NCBI RefSeq assembly: GCF_001194135.2
Contig: NC_068983.1
Location: 157,815,092 to 157,848,881, forward strand
Direction of reading: 5' to 3'
From: Octopus bimaculoides
Lineage: Eukaryota
DNA: 33,790 nucleotides
Positions 32,124 to 33,790 of the stretch are shown one piece after another (the first letter of the stretch is position 1; every line of letters starts with the position of its first letter). Made by a program: the position numbers and the translations under genes. A model generated the notes under the pieces. It saw only the letters and a list, made by a program, of their open reading frames with translations, ran no database searches and was not told the origin of the DNA.

Positions 32124-32475
32124 NNNNNNNNNNNNNNNNNNNNNNNNNNNNNNNNNNNNNNNNNNNNNNNNNNNNNNNNNNNNNNNNNNNNNNNNNNNNN
32201 NNNNNNNNNNNNNNNNNNNNNNNNNNNNNNNNNNNNNNNNNNNNNNNNNNNNNNNNNNNNNNNNNNNNNNNNNNNNNNNNNNNNNNNNNNNNNNNNNNNN
32301 NNNNNNNNNNNNNNNNNNNNNNNNNNNNNNNNNNNNNNNNNNNNNNNNNNNNNNNNNNNNNNNNNNNNNNNNNNNNNNNNNNNNNNNNNNNNNNNNNNNN
32401 NNNNNNNNNNNNNNNNNNNNNNNNNNNNNNNNNNNNNNNNNNNNNNNNNNNNNNNNNNNNNNNNNNNNNNNNNNN

Positions 32476-32512
<37 letters not shown>

Positions 32513-32911
32513 CACGCATACATACGTATATACATACACACACACAAACACACGACTGTATGTTAAAACAAAACGCTATTAACGCACTCGTAATTTAATA
32601 ATTTAATAATAAATATTGTATATTACATACAGTAATATCCATTCATAGCGAAGTGACTCACATCGATTCTTTGTTTAGAAGATATAACACCAATTAATCA
32701 AATTATGAATGAATTAACTGCTATAGTTTTTAACATAAAGCTGTATTTGAACATAATAAACAAATTATAAAATATATAAATTAAATATATATGCGGTGGC
32801 CTTTCCGAATATTTCTGCTTTCCAAATTCATTCACAAGGCACTGGCCAACTCGAGTCTGTGGGATAAGATTCAAATTACTGCACAGTGGCATTATATCTA
32901 TAGCTATATCT

Positions 32912-32912
<1 letters not shown>

Positions 32913-32977
<65 letters not shown>

Positions 32978-33001
32978 GTCTGTCTGTCTGTCTGTCTGTC
33001 T
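32913..33001. repeat. (TATC)n grading into (TGTC)n compound microsatellite
   Basis: Direct reading of the sequence. Confidence 0.95.
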
Positions 33002-33019
33002 ACACACATACACACATTT

Positions 33020-33250
33020 GTAGCGGTGCATGCCTGAATGGATATGTTGTTGAACTCATGATCGTAAGATTGTAGTTTCGATCCCTGGACCGGCCGATGC
33101 GTTGTGTTCTTGAGCAAAACGCTTCATTTCACGTTCCTCCATTCCACTCAGCGGCTAAAAAAGAGTAATCCTGGGATGGACCCACGTTCCATCCAGGGAG
33201 GAATATATACGCCAGAGAAACCGGGAAACATGCCCTATGATCCTTACGGA
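33020..33250 (+). mobile_element. tRNA-headed SINE family D (body variant iv, V-domain-like tail)
   Basis: Head ..AACTCATGATCGTAAG..GTTTCGATCCC..GCGTTGTGTTCTTGAGCAAAAC..CCACTCAGC as in other D copies. It then has GGGATGGACCCACGTTCCATCCAGGG..AGAAACCGGG, recalling the GATGGACTxGCxTCCCxTCCAGGG SINE domain (from memory). Confidence 0.75.
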
Positions 33251-33790
33251 GTAATGTGCACTGACACATGTATTTACTTATATACTTTTATATACTTATA
33301 TATAAACCTATAAATATCTGTATATATAAATTACATACACACACACACACATACACACACATATATACACTTACATATTAGTTCCTATTTATAAATTTAT
33401 TGTTTTTATTAGTTACTGGTAAGTTTACATTATAGCTTGTAAGGGTAATATATATTAAAAGTATGTAGTGTTTTTATTATTAACTTCTGAATTATGAAAT
33501 AATGTATTTCACTCATAATTATTATATTATTCATTAAATTCAATCGCGTTTTTGTTTTGGAGAGAATTGAAATAAAGCTTTCATTTTCTGTTATTAAAGT
33601 AGTAATTATGGAAGACTGGTGGGATTATTATTTGTATGGACTAAAAGATTGGACGCTATTTAGTATATAATTTAGTTATAGTAGGTTTACTATTAATACC
33701 GATACAGATGTACATAGATTTATGTGTTTCTTGTTGTAGTTTGATTTTAAAGTTAGTGTTTAACCCTGCCTATATTTGATTGAATACTGT

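Noticed and set aside
33762-33790. TTAA-CCCT suggestive of a piggyBac end
   Set aside because: Only 8 nt of signal at the window edge, with no partner terminus visible.

Overview
This is eukaryotic genomic DNA: AT-rich, microsatellite-dense, with 7 large N gaps and 3 ten-N gaps. The SINE repertoire and repeat style suggest an Octopus-like cephalopod draft assembly (inference). Only one host coding feature is supported: a 293-nt minus-strand internal exon of Wnt5 (26308-26600) with canonical AG/GT ends. No other Wnt exon is visible, so the rest is probably intron. It is filled with a decayed Chapaev3-like DNA transposon, a perfect-TIR MITE, a mariner stub, CR1-group and R4/Dong-like LINE fragments, and at least three SINE families. 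The most notable signal is a set of hammerhead-ribozyme-core motifs of Penelope-like type. Two are near-identical 72-nt copies with an intact core, lying sense to Wnt5. Also notable are a Glu codon replacing the near-invariant Gly of the Wnt WxWGGC motif, and an inverted SINE cluster around that exon. Almost all other ORF-track entries are microsatellite, gap or TE artefacts. Coordinates were counted by eye, and TE edges are approximate.
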